A stretch of DNA of 64,000 bases from Eledone cirrhosa (Eukaryota): NCBI GenBank assembly GCA_964016885.1, contig OZ024753.1:28334001-28398000 (forward strand), written 5' to 3'. Shown piece after piece: positions 11,618-24,971 of the stretch. Every line of letters begins with the position of its first letter. Position 1 is the stretch's first letter. The position numbers were made by a program, and so were the translations under genes. Under the pieces are notes generated by a model. The model saw only the letters and a program-made list of their open reading frames with translations. It ran no database searches and was not told where the DNA came from.

Positions 11618-14432
11618 CTATAGATCGGGGGAACACACAAGCCAGGTAGATTATATCCTTACCAGGAGACGTGACAGAGTGTCTGTTGTAAACACTAAAT
11701 CCCTCCCCCATGAAGAATGCACCTCTCAACATAGACTCATAATTAGCGACCTCATAGTCAGGATGAGATGTACTCGACAACAGAAGAGGACTATCCTCAG
11801 GAGAAAAATATGAAAGTTAAAAGACCCCACAGCCAGTAATAAATTTAAAAGCATATTACTTGATGCTTTTGATAGTAAGGAAGAGCAATTAGAGTCGTAC
11901 AATATAGAGGAACAGTGGGAATTCCTGAAAGCTAACTTGCTGAAGGCGACACATGAAACCTGTGGCTGGAGCAGACCTATAGGCAGGAGGAGAGTAACTT
12001 GGTGGTGGAACAGTAAGGTGGAGGGGTCAATCAAGGCCAAAAAGCAGGCTTGGAAAGTATGGCGGGATGGGGGAAGTAGAGAATACTATCAAGTGGCCAG
12101 GAGGGAAGCTAGGAGACAAGTGTACTTCGCAAGAAGGGGAGCAGAGGAAAGAAAGTTCAAGCATGTTCTACAACGCGAGGACCAAAAACGTGAGGTGTTC
12201 AGGATTGCTAGGCAATGTGTCAAGGAAAACAGTGATATTGTCGGGGAGAAGTGTGTCCTTAATGATGATGGTGTACTTGCCATCGCTGACGCTGATAAGA
12301 AGGTACCTTGGAAGTGTCACTACGAAAGGCTACTAAATGGGGAGAATAATTGGGAGAAAGACAGTCTCCCCCACATCGAACCAATAGAGGGACCAGCAGT
12401 GCAAGTTGAAGGTAGTATAATAAGTAAGGCTATCAAAGACATGAAGACGGGCAAGGCGGCCGGGCCTTCGGAAATAGTTGCTGAAATGCTGAAAGCATCT
12501 GGAATGGCGGGGCACACTATGGTCACTCGGATAGTAAACCAAGTCATACAGAATGGGGTCATTCTGAAGGACTGGCGCAGCAGCATCATCATTAACTGCT
12601 ACAAGGGTAAAGGTGATGCCCTAGATAGGGGAAACTATAGAGGCATTAAACTAATTGACCAGGTCATAAAGGTCACAGAAAAAGTAATAGCGCAACTAAT
12701 CAGAGAGAGAATTGATCTAGACGAAATGCAGTTCAGGTTTGTGTCAGGTAAAAGTACAACAGACGCTCTCTTCATTGTATGACAACTACAGGAGGAGTAC
12801 CTAGCTAAAAGTAAACCCCTATACTTAGCCTTTGTTGACTTGGAGAAAGCCTTTGACAGAGTACCCCGCTCAATTATCTGGTGGGCCCTTAGAAAACTAG
12901 GTGTTGATGAATGGCTTGTGAGAGCTATACAAGCCATGTATAAAGAAACAGTCAACAAGGTTAGAATTAACAACGAATATAGTGAAGAGCGTAAAAGTTG
13001 GTGTTCATCAGGGCTCCGTCCTTAGCCCCCTACTATTTATTATTGCCCTTCAGGCTATAACAGAGGAGTTCAAGACCGGCTGCCCATGGGAACTCCTATA
13101 TGCAGATGATCTAATGCTCATAGCTGAATCAATGGCTGAACTAGAGAAGAAATTCCAAACATGGAAGCATGTCCTAGAATCAAAAGGCCTTAAAGTTTAC
13201 TTTTCTAAGACTAAAGTTCTAGTTTGTAGGAAGGAAAATAGGGCACCGGTCCCATCTGGGAAATGGCCATGCTCAGTGGAAAGAAGTAGGCAGAAACTCC
13301 ATTTTATGTCCCAAATGCAAAGTATGGGTGCATAAAAGATGTAGTGGGATCACAGGTAAGCTAACTAAGAATATAGATTTTATATGTGGCCGGTGCTCTG
13401 GTGCAATAAGTAGCAGCAAGTGCCCACAGAATACTAGCTCATTCCATTGCACAGATGGTTCTATAGAAATAGTGGACAGCTTCCGTTACCTGGGTGACAA
13501 AATCAGCAGTGGGGGAGGGTGCTCTGAAAGTACAGTAGCTAGAGTCAGAACGGGATGGAAAAAGTTCAGAGAGCTTATACTACTATTGGCCGCTAAAGGG
13601 TTCTCTCTAAAAATGAAAGGCAGGCTGTATGATGCCTGCATTCGAACAGCAATGTTACAGGGCAGTGAGACCTGGGCAGTGTGCAGAGGATATACGCAGA
13701 CTGGAGAGAAACGAAGCTTGCATACTCCGCTGGATGTGTAATAGTAATATACGTGAACGGCAAAGCATAAACGAACTAAGGGAGAATTTAGGAATAAGAG
13801 GGATCAGATGTTGTTTACTCGAGAGAAGACTACGTTGGTACGGTCACGTGATGCGCATGAAAGACGACAGCTGTATAAAAAAGTGCAGGGCGATAAAAAT
13901 AGACGGTAGCCATGGAGTAGGCAGACCCAGAAAAACCTGGGACGACCTGATAAATTCCGACCTCACACACTTACACCTCTCCAAGACAATGTCACTGGAC
14001 CGAGATCTTTGGCGCTACACAATAATACAGAAGACCCGCCTTACCAAAGTACAAAGTGAAACCTACTACAGTCAGTAGGCACCTCTAACAAAATACACCT
14101 CCATCCCACTACCCCCACCCCATCCACACCACCCCCTTAAATGTGAAGTTATGTTGGTACCACAACCTCCAGTCCGAAACAAATGAGGTCGTGTAGGTGT
14201 TACGACAAAAAAACACACAGTCCACGCTGTAATGTGGCCGTGTAGGTAACACGGTAAAAACCTCCCAGTACACACTGTAAACGTGGTTGGTGTTGGGAAG
14301 GGCACCCAGCCGTAGAAAACCCGCCAGACAGTCCTGAGCAAGACAACCAATCTTGCCTCAAGTGGGACAATTCCCGTCTAGACCCATGCTAGCGTGGAAA
14401 ATAGACGTTAAATGATGATGATGATGATGATA
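11618..14432 (+). mobile_element. 5'-truncated RTE LINE (family B, copy 1), degenerate
   Basis: Begins in the end of the APE domain (YRSGEHTSQVDYIL); RT motifs DLEKAFDRVP, HQGSVLSP, YADD; ~350-bp 3' UTR; (GAT)n tail; multiple stops and frameshifts. Confidence 0.95.
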
Positions 14433-14510
14433 ATGGTTGATGTAATGTGTAGATACCTTTCATCCTTTCAAGGTTGACAAAAAAGTACCAGTCTAGTACT
14501 GGGGTCGATT

Positions 14511-14677
14511 CAGTGCTGGATGTACTATTGTGCTTAGATGTGCTTAAGCACAGGCCCCCATTGGCCAGGGGTTGCCCATATTCCTACCCAAAAACTTTTT
14601 TACGATGAATTTTTCAATTGTAAGTGACCTCATAACTTAACTAGCGCAGGGCCTCATTTGTCCTAAATCCAGTAATG
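14511..14677. mobile_element. hAT-like MITE nested in a SINE
   Basis: CAGTGCTGGAT...ATCCAGTAATG termini; 8-bp TSD GGTCGATT/GGTTGATT; sister copy inverted at 22508-22678. Confidence 0.75.
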
Positions 14678-15035
14678 GGTTGATTCTTTCTCTATATCTC
14701 TTTCTTACTTGCTCTTTAACACTCTCTTTGGAAGAAATCTGCTATGTTTAGACCTAGAGAGAGATGGGCTCTGCCAAGCTTAAAATGCCCAAGAAATGCT
14801 GTATGGCTCTACATTGCTCCTACGGTTCCACCAGGATTTACAGGACGATACTGTACGAAGTAGAGAAAGTAGGAAAGTTGGGGGATAGATTTTGAGGGTT
14901 GATGGAAAAATAAATATGTAGCATCTAAGATGGTGCTAAGTCATATAGATGGGTAATCAGCTAGCTGAGCTGGTTGTTAAGTAGGCTGGAAAGTTGGCTG
15001 TAATGAGCAACTGGCTAGTTAAACTGATACATACA

Positions 15036-15069
<34 letters not shown>

Positions 15070-15087
15070 CATACATACATACATACC

Positions 15088-15513
15088 AACCGGCCTGATA
15101 TTGTTGTTTGGGACCACACATTGAAAACGTGTTCTGTTGTGGAGATCAGCTGCCCACTTGATGTAAACATTGTCAGAAAAATACAGGAGAAGGAGGACAT
15201 CTACGGACCATTGATGAGGAGTCTACAAATCCAGTATCCAAGATACACCTTTAGCTTCATACCCATCATTATTGGAGCTACGAGTTATATACCAACACAC
15301 TTGGACCAAAGTATGACTGAACTTGGATTTGCGGACAAAAAGCGCAGCTCCCTAATTCATAGTCTACAAATGGCTGCGATAGCTGGCACCTTCAAAATTT
15401 GCAAAACGTTCTTGCGATTCAAGGGATGACAATTTCTTTTCTTTTACAACATTGCCACCAGGAAGGTGGCTGGTCAAAAAAATATACTCTAAATTAAGAG
15501 AAAGAGATAATAA
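15088..15513 (+). mobile_element. 3' fragment of RLE-type (R2 superfamily, R4/NeSL-like) non-LTR retrotransposon
   Basis: In-frame NRPDIVVWD...VVEISCP...EKEDIY...PIIIGA (restriction-like endonuclease) to the stop at 15429; embedded in (TACA)n on both sides. Confidence 0.8.
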
Positions 15514-16034
15514 CATACATATACATACATATACATACATACATAATACATACATACATACATAATACATACATACATACATACATATATACATATATAC
15601 ATAATTACATGCATAATACATACATATATACATACATAATACATACATACATAATTACATACATACATATATACATACACATACATAATTACATACATAT
15701 ATACATACACACATACATAATTACATAGATACATACATGCATACATACTGACTTACATACATACTGATATACATACATACATATATACATACACACATAC
15801 ATACATGCATACATACATATTGAATTCTCTTGCTTTTAGAAGTTGTAGTATGAAGTACAACCTACTCATTATCATCATCATCATGTACCGTTACGATATA
15901 TATATGCATATATATATATATACATGCACACATACACATCACACACCACCACATATATATGAGAAATATACACACTCATTCATGTGTGCATACATCTATA
16001 CACAAATAGAAATGAATTATACAAAAGAAACAAA

Positions 16035-16312
16035 ACACCACCAATCCATCACCAATCCCCCCATCACTAATGCAGCCACCACCATCACCATCACCACCAC
16101 CACCACCAACTCAATCACTGTCACCACCACCACTACAATCACCACTATTGCTCCCACCACCACCACCACCACCACCACCACTACCACAACCATAGCCACC
16201 AGCACAACCACCACCACCACTACCACAACCACCACCACCACTACTACAATCATCACCACCACAATCACCACTACCACCAGCACCACTTCCATCACCTACA
16301 ACAACAACAATG
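16035..16312. repeat. (CAC/ACC)n degenerate trinucleotide tract
   Basis: Low-complexity poly-Thr/Val ORFs; similar tracts at 33500-34220 and 35385-35720. Confidence 0.9.
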
Positions 16313-16863
16313 ACTAAATAAACCAATCTACTCCACTATTAAAGCAGGTTTTATGAAGCACCACCTTTCAATAGTAGAATCTGTAATTCTATGGTATTGA
16401 TTGGCAAATTTCAGTAATCAATACTGCACTGCATACATAATTTTCTTTTGAGCAATGATTATCATTTAAGTGAGAGCTTGTTGATCCGATTATGATTTCT
16501 GTAGGATTCTTGGCTCACTTGAAACAGGCAGGAGACATGTATATATGCACATGGTTATCATATCAAATTTATTTTTGTTGTTCAAGTTTAGCTTCAGGTC
16601 AGCTCTGATCAAGCAGAACTTTCATCAAAGCTATAGCCATGTTCAACCCATCTTTTTTCCAATGTGCCCAAAACCAGCCAACAACCATATCATCCAATGT
16701 GTCTGTTTCTAAAGTGAAGGTACAACTTGAGGGAGATTTAGCTACTATTTAAAGCAGGTTTGGTGACTACATTGAGGCTAACTCGCTATAGCTTGCAAAA
16801 TTTATTGTTGCTATTGTTGCTGTTGTTTTTATTGTTGTTTAAATCTTGTTCGGCCTTGATTAA

Positions 16864-17229
16864 CCCTTTAGCATTTAAACCGGCCATATCCGACCAGAAT
16901 TCTCTCACCCCTTTCTGTTCAAACCGGCCATAACTGGCCAGTCATACTTATACTAGGGTATTGTTCTCTTCTTCTTCGCCCATTTATTCCTGAGATGGTT
17001 GTTGGAACAGAGTCCTCAAAGGACTCCTTCCAATGGGTCCTGTCAGAAGCAACTGTCTCCAACTAATCCAGCTGGATCCCCAAGCAAGACCAGCCAAGTT
17101 CATGGATGTTATCAAAATAAATAATATCAAAATCTCATAGATTCTATATAATGTGAGATAGTTTTGTAAGATAAATCCTTTACCACAAAAATACAATAGT
17201 ATATATAGAGTAATGTAAATGTTAAAGGG
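16864..17229. mobile_element. piggyBac-like MITE with nested RTE-type 3' fragment (~16968-17110, minus)
   Basis: TTAA/CCC...GGG/TTAA ends; the MITE consensus GGTATTGTTCT|CAAAATAAAT is split by a sequence matching 18490-18635. Confidence 0.75.
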
Positions 17230-18319
17230 TTAAGCAGACATATTCACCCAGCTGTTACAATTCCAATATTGTAAAGTTACAAAATTCATATCGAAATACA
17301 TATTGCGAGCTTAATTTTGTCTATACCTGATATTCCCCTTCCGTACTTATGCACACATGTATCTCTGTGCATATCATGATTCCTGATATTTGTACATTAT
17401 TCTATGTACTATACATACACCTTTGATGAGTTGTAGTGCACCTGAACAATGTACACGATAATTTTCATTTCATTATTTAAATCAACCATTTTAAATTAAA
17501 AACAAACTATTATTAATTTAAAAAAAATTGATATTGAAAGATAGAAATTAGTTATTTCTTCTCCTTAATAGCATAATAAATCTCAAGAGTTATAAAGAAG
17601 AAATCCATACTTTTTAAGATACACTGTAGAATTCAGGGGAAATAACTCATTTCTTCCAAGAGTCAGCTTCACAGAACTAGAAACTGTAGGAAAAAAACAA
17701 AACAAAAAAAAACAACAAATTTGCTTTAGAAAATAAAGTTGGATTACATATAAAAATGAGAAAACTCATCGCTGTCACTCACGTTGTGGATTGTCTCTCT
17801 GTTGACCACTAGTTTCTGTCCACTGAGGCATTTTTGCTCATTGCTGTCTTTGACAGCATTTAGCTGTTTTAATGGCTGTTCTTAGTGATAAGTTTTCTCA
17901 TTTTTATATGTATTCAAATACACTCGCTTTATCTCGATCAGAGACAACATTATTTTAAAGTTGGATTAGTGTGTGTATGTGTGTGTGTGTGTGTCAAAGC
18001 AAACTAAATCAAAAAGAGATTTCAGACGTAAATACAAAAAACTAAAAGGCAAATCATATAAAACCCAGTCAGTTGAAAATGGTTCTTTCATCAAAGAATT
18101 TAGTATTTTTTTTATAATCTCTTTATAGAAAATAATAATGAAATAGAAAAAAAAAACCAATTAAAAACAAATAAACTGTGCTGTAGTTACATTGATAGGA
18201 ATTCAAGTAGTGAAACTATACAAAAATGTATATGGACAGTGTAGGTGTGAAGTAGTAAGAGAATTCTGGTTGAATGGTTGGGGTGAGGGTGGCATATATT
18301 ATCACTGTTATATCATCAG

Positions 18320-18470
18320 TGAAGGCGTGTGGCTTAGTGGTTAGGGAGTTTGATTCGCAATTGTGAGGCTACAAGTTCAATTTTTGGACTGGGTGATGTG
18401 TTATGTCTTTGAGCAAGACACATTATTTCATGTTGCTCCTTCTGCCAGGAGTTGCGACCGGTAGATAGTA
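18320..18470 (+). mobile_element. tRNA-derived SINE head (family 2)
   Basis: GGCGTGTGGCTTAGTGGTTAG A-box, GTTCAATT B-box, CTTTGAGCAAGACAC core. Confidence 0.7.
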
Positions 18471-18489
18471 TCAACAATGAGAAGACCAT

Positions 18490-18880
18490 TCTTCTTCTTC
18501 TCCCACTTATTCCTGAAAGGGTTGTGGGGGCAAATTCCTCAAACACTCTTTCCAGCTGGGTCCTGTCAGAAGCAACTGTCTCCAACTGACCCGGCTGGAT
18601 TCCCAAGCGTGACCAGCCAAGCTCATGGATATTATCCAACCATTTTGCTCGGGGTCTACCTCTGGGTCTCTTGCCAGTTAGTTTTGCCCATAAAATCTGT
18701 CCAGCAATTCTTTCCTGAGACATTCTAACCACATGCCCATAGTATCGGAGCTGTGATCTCTCAATTAGGAGAAGTAGTGGCGCTACCTGGAGTGACTCTC
18801 TGATCTCCAAGCTACACACTTTATTGAGTAACATTATTCCAAAGATCCTTCGGAGGAATCCCATTTCAGCTGCTTGCAAA
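18490..18880 (-). mobile_element. RTE-type LINE 3' fragment
   Basis: AAEMGFLRRI...ERSQLRYYGHVVRM...GKRPRGRPRAKW; (GAA)n tail. Confidence 0.85.
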
Positions 18881-19227
18881 TATTCAAACCTATAACTGCA
18901 TAGAAAAAATGGACAAGGAGTCAATTCAGAACTACTTTATTTTCCTTTTATGTAAAGGAATGAACATCACAATTTCCTATTCTTACATAAAAAAGAAACT
19001 GTTATCTTGATATTTTCTTTGTCTTTCTGCATTGTTAGTTTAATGCAATAATACATTTTCATTGCAATAATCTTTATGTAATGATGTTAAATTGATGTTT
19101 TGTGAGTTGAATTATTAATGGTTTTGTGTCTAGTTCCCGTGTGGTTAGAAAGTTGTCCAGAAAAAGGCGGGGAAAAAGTAACTAATACAAATGAGAATAG
19201 TAACAACATTAATAACGGCGATAACAA

Positions 19228-19775
19228 TAATTGTTTTTATTTTTGGCACAAGGCCAGCAATTATTCCAGTGCATTACTGGTACTTTATTTTATCAACTCT
19301 GTAAGAATGAAAGGCAAAGCTAACCTTGGCGGGATTTGAAATTAGACCATAAAGGGCCGTAACTCTATGCTGCAAAGCCTGGTGTCTGACCCTCTACTGA
19401 TACTGCTAGGCCAGCAATAACCCCAGTGCATCACTGGTGCTTTATTTTATCAACCCCATAAGAATGAAAGGCAAAGCTAACGAATAATGATTTCTACTTT
19501 AGGCACAAGGCCAGCAATTTGGAGAGAGGGGGGAAAGTTGATTAAATTGACCCCCAGTGCATTACTGGTACTTTAGGCACAATGCCAGCAATTTGGGGAG
19601 AGGGGGAAAGTTGATTAAATTGAACCCCCAGTACATTACTGGTACTTTATTTTATCGACTCCGTAAGGATGAAAGGCAAAGTTAACCTCGGTGGGATTTT
19701 AACCCAGAGCATAAAGGGATGTAACTCTATGCTACAAAGTATGGCGTCTGTCCCTCTACCGATACTGTCAATCCA
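19228..19775 (-). mobile_element. Cluster of 3-4 partial, tandem SINE family 1 copies
   Basis: Repeated GGCACAAGGCCAGCAAT, CATTACTGGTAC and GATGAAAGGCAAAG blocks. Confidence 0.75.
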
Positions 19776-20377
19776 CCATAACAACAACAACATCAACAAC
19801 AACAATAATGAAGCTGCTGCTGATGATGATGTTGATGATGATGATGTTGATGATGATAATGATGATGATGATGATGATAATAGAATAATCCTAAATATCT
19901 CCCAATACTTTGAGTTATTCTCACCTCCACTGATTGTTCACACCTAGACTGTTACTATACATTTATAAATATTATTTCCCTTCTTATTCTCTGTTATTAT
20001 CAACTTAATTACAAAATTATTGTTTTTCATCCATTATTATTTCCCTTTAGGATTTATGGAGAGAAATTATAAAAAAATAAAATATTAGATGCCTCAATCT
20101 GAATCATAATTTTCAATGCTCTCTCTCTTTCTCTCTCTCTTTTTCTTTCTCTTTCTCTTTCTTTCTCTCACACTCTCTCTCCTGCCCCTCCCCCTCTCTT
20201 ATTTATATTTTATGTTTGTATTTGTTTTGCTAAGATAATTAGTTCAAGAGATGGTTGCTATAGTGATAACAGTGACTATGAGCTAATTACGCAATCATTC
20301 AAAATGTTAGAAATAATAGTTAAATCACTTTTACTAAGAATATATTGGTCAATGTAGTGCCTGATATATATATATAT

Positions 20378-20580
20378 ATCATCATCATCATCATCATTTT
20401 ACGTCCGCTTTTCCCTGCTTGCAAGAGTGGGACGGGTCCTATTCAGCACAGCATCTCTCCACTTGTCACGGTCCTTCGTCATCTCCACTGTGAGCTTCAG
20501 CGATCTGAGGTCTGCTCTCACCACCTCTGCCCATATTTTTCAAGATCTACCTCTACCACGTCTTCCTTCAACTGGCATTT
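20378..20580 (-). mobile_element. RTE family A 3' fragment
   Basis: Reverse complement matches 7805-8000, including the tail. Confidence 0.85.
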
Positions 20581-20602
20581 ATTTATATATATATATATAT
20601 AT

Positions 20603-20940
20603 GGTTGTGAGTTCAATTCTCAAAGCGGGTGATGTGTTGTTTCCTTGAGCAAGACACTTTATTTCACATTGCTCCAGTTACTCAGCAGTAGAAATAAGAT
20701 GATAGGACTGGGTTCCCTATCATTCCACTGCAAAGTGGTTGTGGAGGTGCCACAGCAAAAAAGCACTCAGCCCACACTGTAAAGTGGATGTGTAGGCGCC
20801 ATGGAAAAAAAAAAAGCACCCAGCACTCACTGTAAATGAGGTTGGTGTTAGGAAGGGCATTCAGCTGTGGAAATCAAGCCAGAATCAGTTCTCGTCCCAC
20901 CCTTGCAAGCAGGGAGAAGTGGACGTAAAATGATGATGAT
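20603..20940 (+). mobile_element. SINE family 2 (tRNA head plus RTE-derived tail), 5'-truncated
   Basis: Matches 40650-40975 and ends in GTCCCACCCTTGCAAGCAGGGAGAAGTGGACGTAAAATGATG. Confidence 0.85.
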
Positions 20941-21816
20941 ATACTCAGCAACGCCATATAATAACCATATTTACTTGTGTGACGCCTGTGCCTTTGTGAT
21001 ACCTTTCTATATACTTGTGAACACCAATTGGCTATCTAGTTCGGGTACCTACTGATATACCTTGTGTATGTATATTATGGTAGTCATTCGGATTACTGTG
21101 GTCTTTTGGGATGTACCAAAAAGATCTCTTCATGCCTGTATATAGACTACTGAGATCGTACTCCCTTGTGTTGCTAGGAACTGCGTTTGTAATATCTTGC
21201 TTTTTCTAAGTGCTCATAACATATAACTTTTTCTCAATTTATTAAATATTTTTAATCCTTTTTAATTTAGTTTTATCATATTATTATATTATTTTATTAT
21301 TTTATTATCATTTATTATTATTTTAATATACTTTTTATATTACTTTATTGTATTTTAATTTATTTTTAGTATTTTTTATTTAATTATTTTACTTTATTTT
21401 ATTTTATTTTATTTTACTTTATTTCATTTTATTCTATTATCTTTATTATTATTTTTTATCTTTATTTTTATATTTTTTATTACTTTAATATAATTTATAT
21501 TATGTTTTAACATTTGCCTGTATTTCTTTATGTATTTTTTATGTATTTTTATGTATTTTTTATGTATTTTTTATGTATTTTTATGTATTTATTATGTACT
21601 TTTTAATGCTTTCACACTTTTTGATTTTACATTCTGCATTTTTGAGTGCCATCTACTGTGTCTTCATCTTGTTGAATCCAATTGTGCCTTGGTATTTTGC
21701 AGTGATGCTTAGTAACCCAAGCATGAACCTCTTTCTTAGCTATCTCCAATCCCCCTATTATTTTTTCTGATTGTTCGTGCGACTAAGTGTTTGTGGAGCT
21801 TATACTCTACACTGTA

Positions 21817-21876
21817 TTTATTAAGCTCTGATGATTCCTGCCAAAAGGTGAGGATGAAACATTGTTAGTGAATAAA
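21817..21876 (+). ncRNA. PLE-type hammerhead ribozyme motif
   Basis: TTTATTAAGCT-CTGATGA-TTCCT...AGGAT-GAAAC-ATT-GTT-AGTGAATAAA. Confidence 0.55.
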
Positions 21877-22507
21877 GACTGTTTGAGTATGTAAGCGTTC
21901 TTTGGTTTCTTTTGCATATAATGGCTCTGTCCAAGTACATTGAGCTAACACAATACTGCAATAGTACGGTGAGTACAGTACGGTGAGTAGGTGTTTATGC
22001 ACATATGCTCCACACTTTACATAAATAAATATATATATATATATATATAAATATATATAAAGTGTGCATGTTAGAAAATATTCTATATAGATCATGTTAT
22101 ATAAAGAAAATGATAAAAAAAAAGGTTCCGAAAAAAGGTTCCGAAAAAAGGTTCCGAAAAGCACATCTGGTATGTACATGACTAAGACAATCAGCAATAT
22201 ACTTTACATAACTTGGTTTCTATCTAACCTCTGCTTCTTGGCCCATGTTGTGGGATGTACAGACTGCATTGCTGAATCAAATATTCCTTGTTGCTTTTAA
22301 TAAACTGTCCAATGAACAATAACTACTGATAAACCACTGTGTTAACTAGTAGGTAGGTACTTGTTTACTTGTATATATATATATATTGATTAGTGATATG
22401 GTCTGTTCTGCTGATGTTAAGTATGATTCTCCTGATGGGTGACTGTGTGTGGTAGATGTCAACTAAAACTCATATGGTGGTGAAACAGTGTTTATCTCAC
22501 TTCAGAG

Positions 22508-22678
22508 CAGAGCTGGATTTAAGACAAATGAGGCCCTGTGCTAGTTAAGCTATGAGGCCCCTTACTTGGGTTCGGAAGGAGGTAAAAAAATTATTTTGGC
22601 AGGAAGTTGGGCGCCCCTCCCCTGGTCAACGAGGCCTTGTGCTTAAGCACAGCTAAGCACAATGGTAAATCCAGCTTG
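22508..22678. mobile_element. hAT-like MITE (same family as 14511)
   Basis: CAGAGCTGGATTT...AAATCCAGCTTG; reverse-complement similarity to 14511-14677. Confidence 0.7.
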
Positions 22679-22726
22679 CTTCATTAATGTGATGGCAATG
22701 TACTGAAACTGATGGATTAATTTGTC

Positions 22727-22729
<3 letters not shown>

Positions 22730-22762
<33 letters not shown>

Positions 22763-23100
22763 AATTATTGTGTACAGGGCTCAGGTGCACTACAACTTAT
22801 CAAATGTGCATGTATAGTACATAGAGTAATGTACAAATGTCAGGAAAACGAACAGTGTACGAGTCACGAAATACATTTGTGCGTGTGTATGGAGGAGGAG
22901 GGGGGCATCAGGTGTAGTGGTCAAGGAGCATGGAGGTTTTAAAGGATGCAGTGCCTCGACAGCTAATAACTGATGCAGGTAGTTTGTTCCATGCTTCAGC
23001 AACTCTGAGCGTGAAAAAATGTTTCTGAAAGTCATGGGAGCTGTGCTGTTTTCTGGCGTTGTAGGCATGCCCATGTGTGTTAGACAATGTTCTAGTTTAC
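22730..23100 (-). mobile_element. CR1/L2-group LINE 3' end
   Basis: Minus strand FFTLRVAEAWNKLPASVISC; (ATT)n tail; the same tail recurs at ~4505-4563 and ~17418-17475. Confidence 0.75.
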
Positions 23101-23387
23101 ACCGGCTGACACACTGCTTTGCTATGCAAAACACCTCATGTCTCTAGTCATCACATTACATAATGTTAGTAAACCTCATGCTTTTAGCTTCTCACATGCT
23201 ATGTAAACCTGTTGTTTAGCTTCTCTTTTAACTATTTGCCAGTGTTCTTTACTGCCCCCAATAAATATCAAAATAGGCTTGATATGATTGATTAAAATCC
23301 CTTGGAAGTGGTGCTTCAGCATCGCCACATTCTAATAACTAGTAAAAGAATTTAAAAAATAAAGAAAAATAAAGAACCAATTTGATA

Positions 23388-23425
<38 letters not shown>

Positions 23426-24146
23426 CATGGGAAGAAAGAGGAAAACTGCGTGGTTGCACATGGGTTACATATTATAAAATTAGTCCCTCATCAGTGATTT
23501 GCCAACCATCATTGGTATTTCATCGCATTAAAAATCATATACCTCAGGTTGGTGCGAGCAATAACTAAAATAAGCTATTGGGACAAGTGAATCGCGTAAA
23601 GCGAGTGAGACAAGTAAACAACATAGAAGGAAAAGCAAACCGAAGGTAGGAAAAAAGCAAGCAACATGATGGTTATCCGATCAGCTTATATATAAAAACA
23701 ATATCCATTTTATTTCTATCACATCTCATGTCTTCTATTTTTATTCAGTAGACTCTGTAGTTGGTAGTGAAAGCTCCCCAGTTTGGTAAACAGAAATATG
23801 TATTCTCAAAGGGATAGTTAGTATTAGTGGAAAATAGAATGTGTGGGGGAGAGCAATTGAAAAGAAGAGAAAGAAATGTATGGAATCAAAGGGATAGAAA
23901 AAGAGAGAGAGAGAGAGAGAGAATAAATAGAAAAAAACTACTAACATATTAACTCCCACATGGTGTATAATATATACATATATAATATATATATCGTCAT
24001 TTAATGGACGCTAACCAATGAGATATATATACACATACACATATATATATACACACACACATATATACACATATATATATACATACATACACACATATAT
24101 ATACATATATACATATACATACACACACACACACACACATATATAT

Positions 24147-24219
24147 AGAAGGTGTCCCAAAAATATATACACACTTTAACAGCATTCTAATCAAAATTTG
24201 TATAAATTTTTGGGGATAC

Positions 24220-24223
<4 letters not shown>
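24147..24223. mobile_element. Tiny Tc1/mariner-like MITE in a TA tract
   Basis: TIR ~CAGGGTGTCCCAAAAA; sister copy at 36172-36271. Confidence 0.55.
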
Positions 24224-24282
<59 letters not shown>

Positions 24283-24382
24283 ATATATGTATATACACAT
24301 ATATATGTGTGTGTGTGTGTGTGTATATATGTATATACACATATATATGTGTGTGTGTGTGTGTGTATATATGTATATACAC

Positions 24383-24427
<45 letters not shown>

Positions 24428-24434
24428 TATACAC

Positions 24435-24474
<40 letters not shown>

Positions 24475-24971
24475 ATATACACATATATGTGTGTGTGTGT
24501 ATGTATCTATATACACATACATATGCATATGTGTGTGTGTGTGTATGTATGTATGTACACATATATATGCATATGTGTGTGTATGTGTGTGTATGTATGT
24601 ATGTGTATGTATGTATATACACATATATATGCATATGTGTGTGTATATATGTGTGTGTGCATGTGATTGTGTCACAAATGTGGGATAGTTTTTTTGTGTA
24701 TTTTTAACTGCATGAATCAAAATTCTTTTTCTTTTTTTTGCTCTGTATTATAATAATTTCCTCCTGCTAAAATATATAGGAAAGCTTTTGGAATTTATTT
24801 CTGAAACAACTGCACATTGTCAGAACAATATATTTATTTTTTAGTATTTTTTATTGTTTATTGTTATATTTAGTTACAGGAATGCCTTGTATATACCCAT
24901 GATATTAATAAATAGATGGATATCTTCATATATGCTAAATAAAATTACATATATGAATGTCTATGTATGTA

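Noticed and set aside
21075-21210. Possible second RLE-element C-terminus (VLLGTA motif)
   Set aside because: Too short and decayed to support beyond a single motif.
23997-24720. YI/HT/CV ORFs here and at 30, 37.6, 41 and 42.5 kb
   Set aside because: Dinucleotide microsatellite artefacts.
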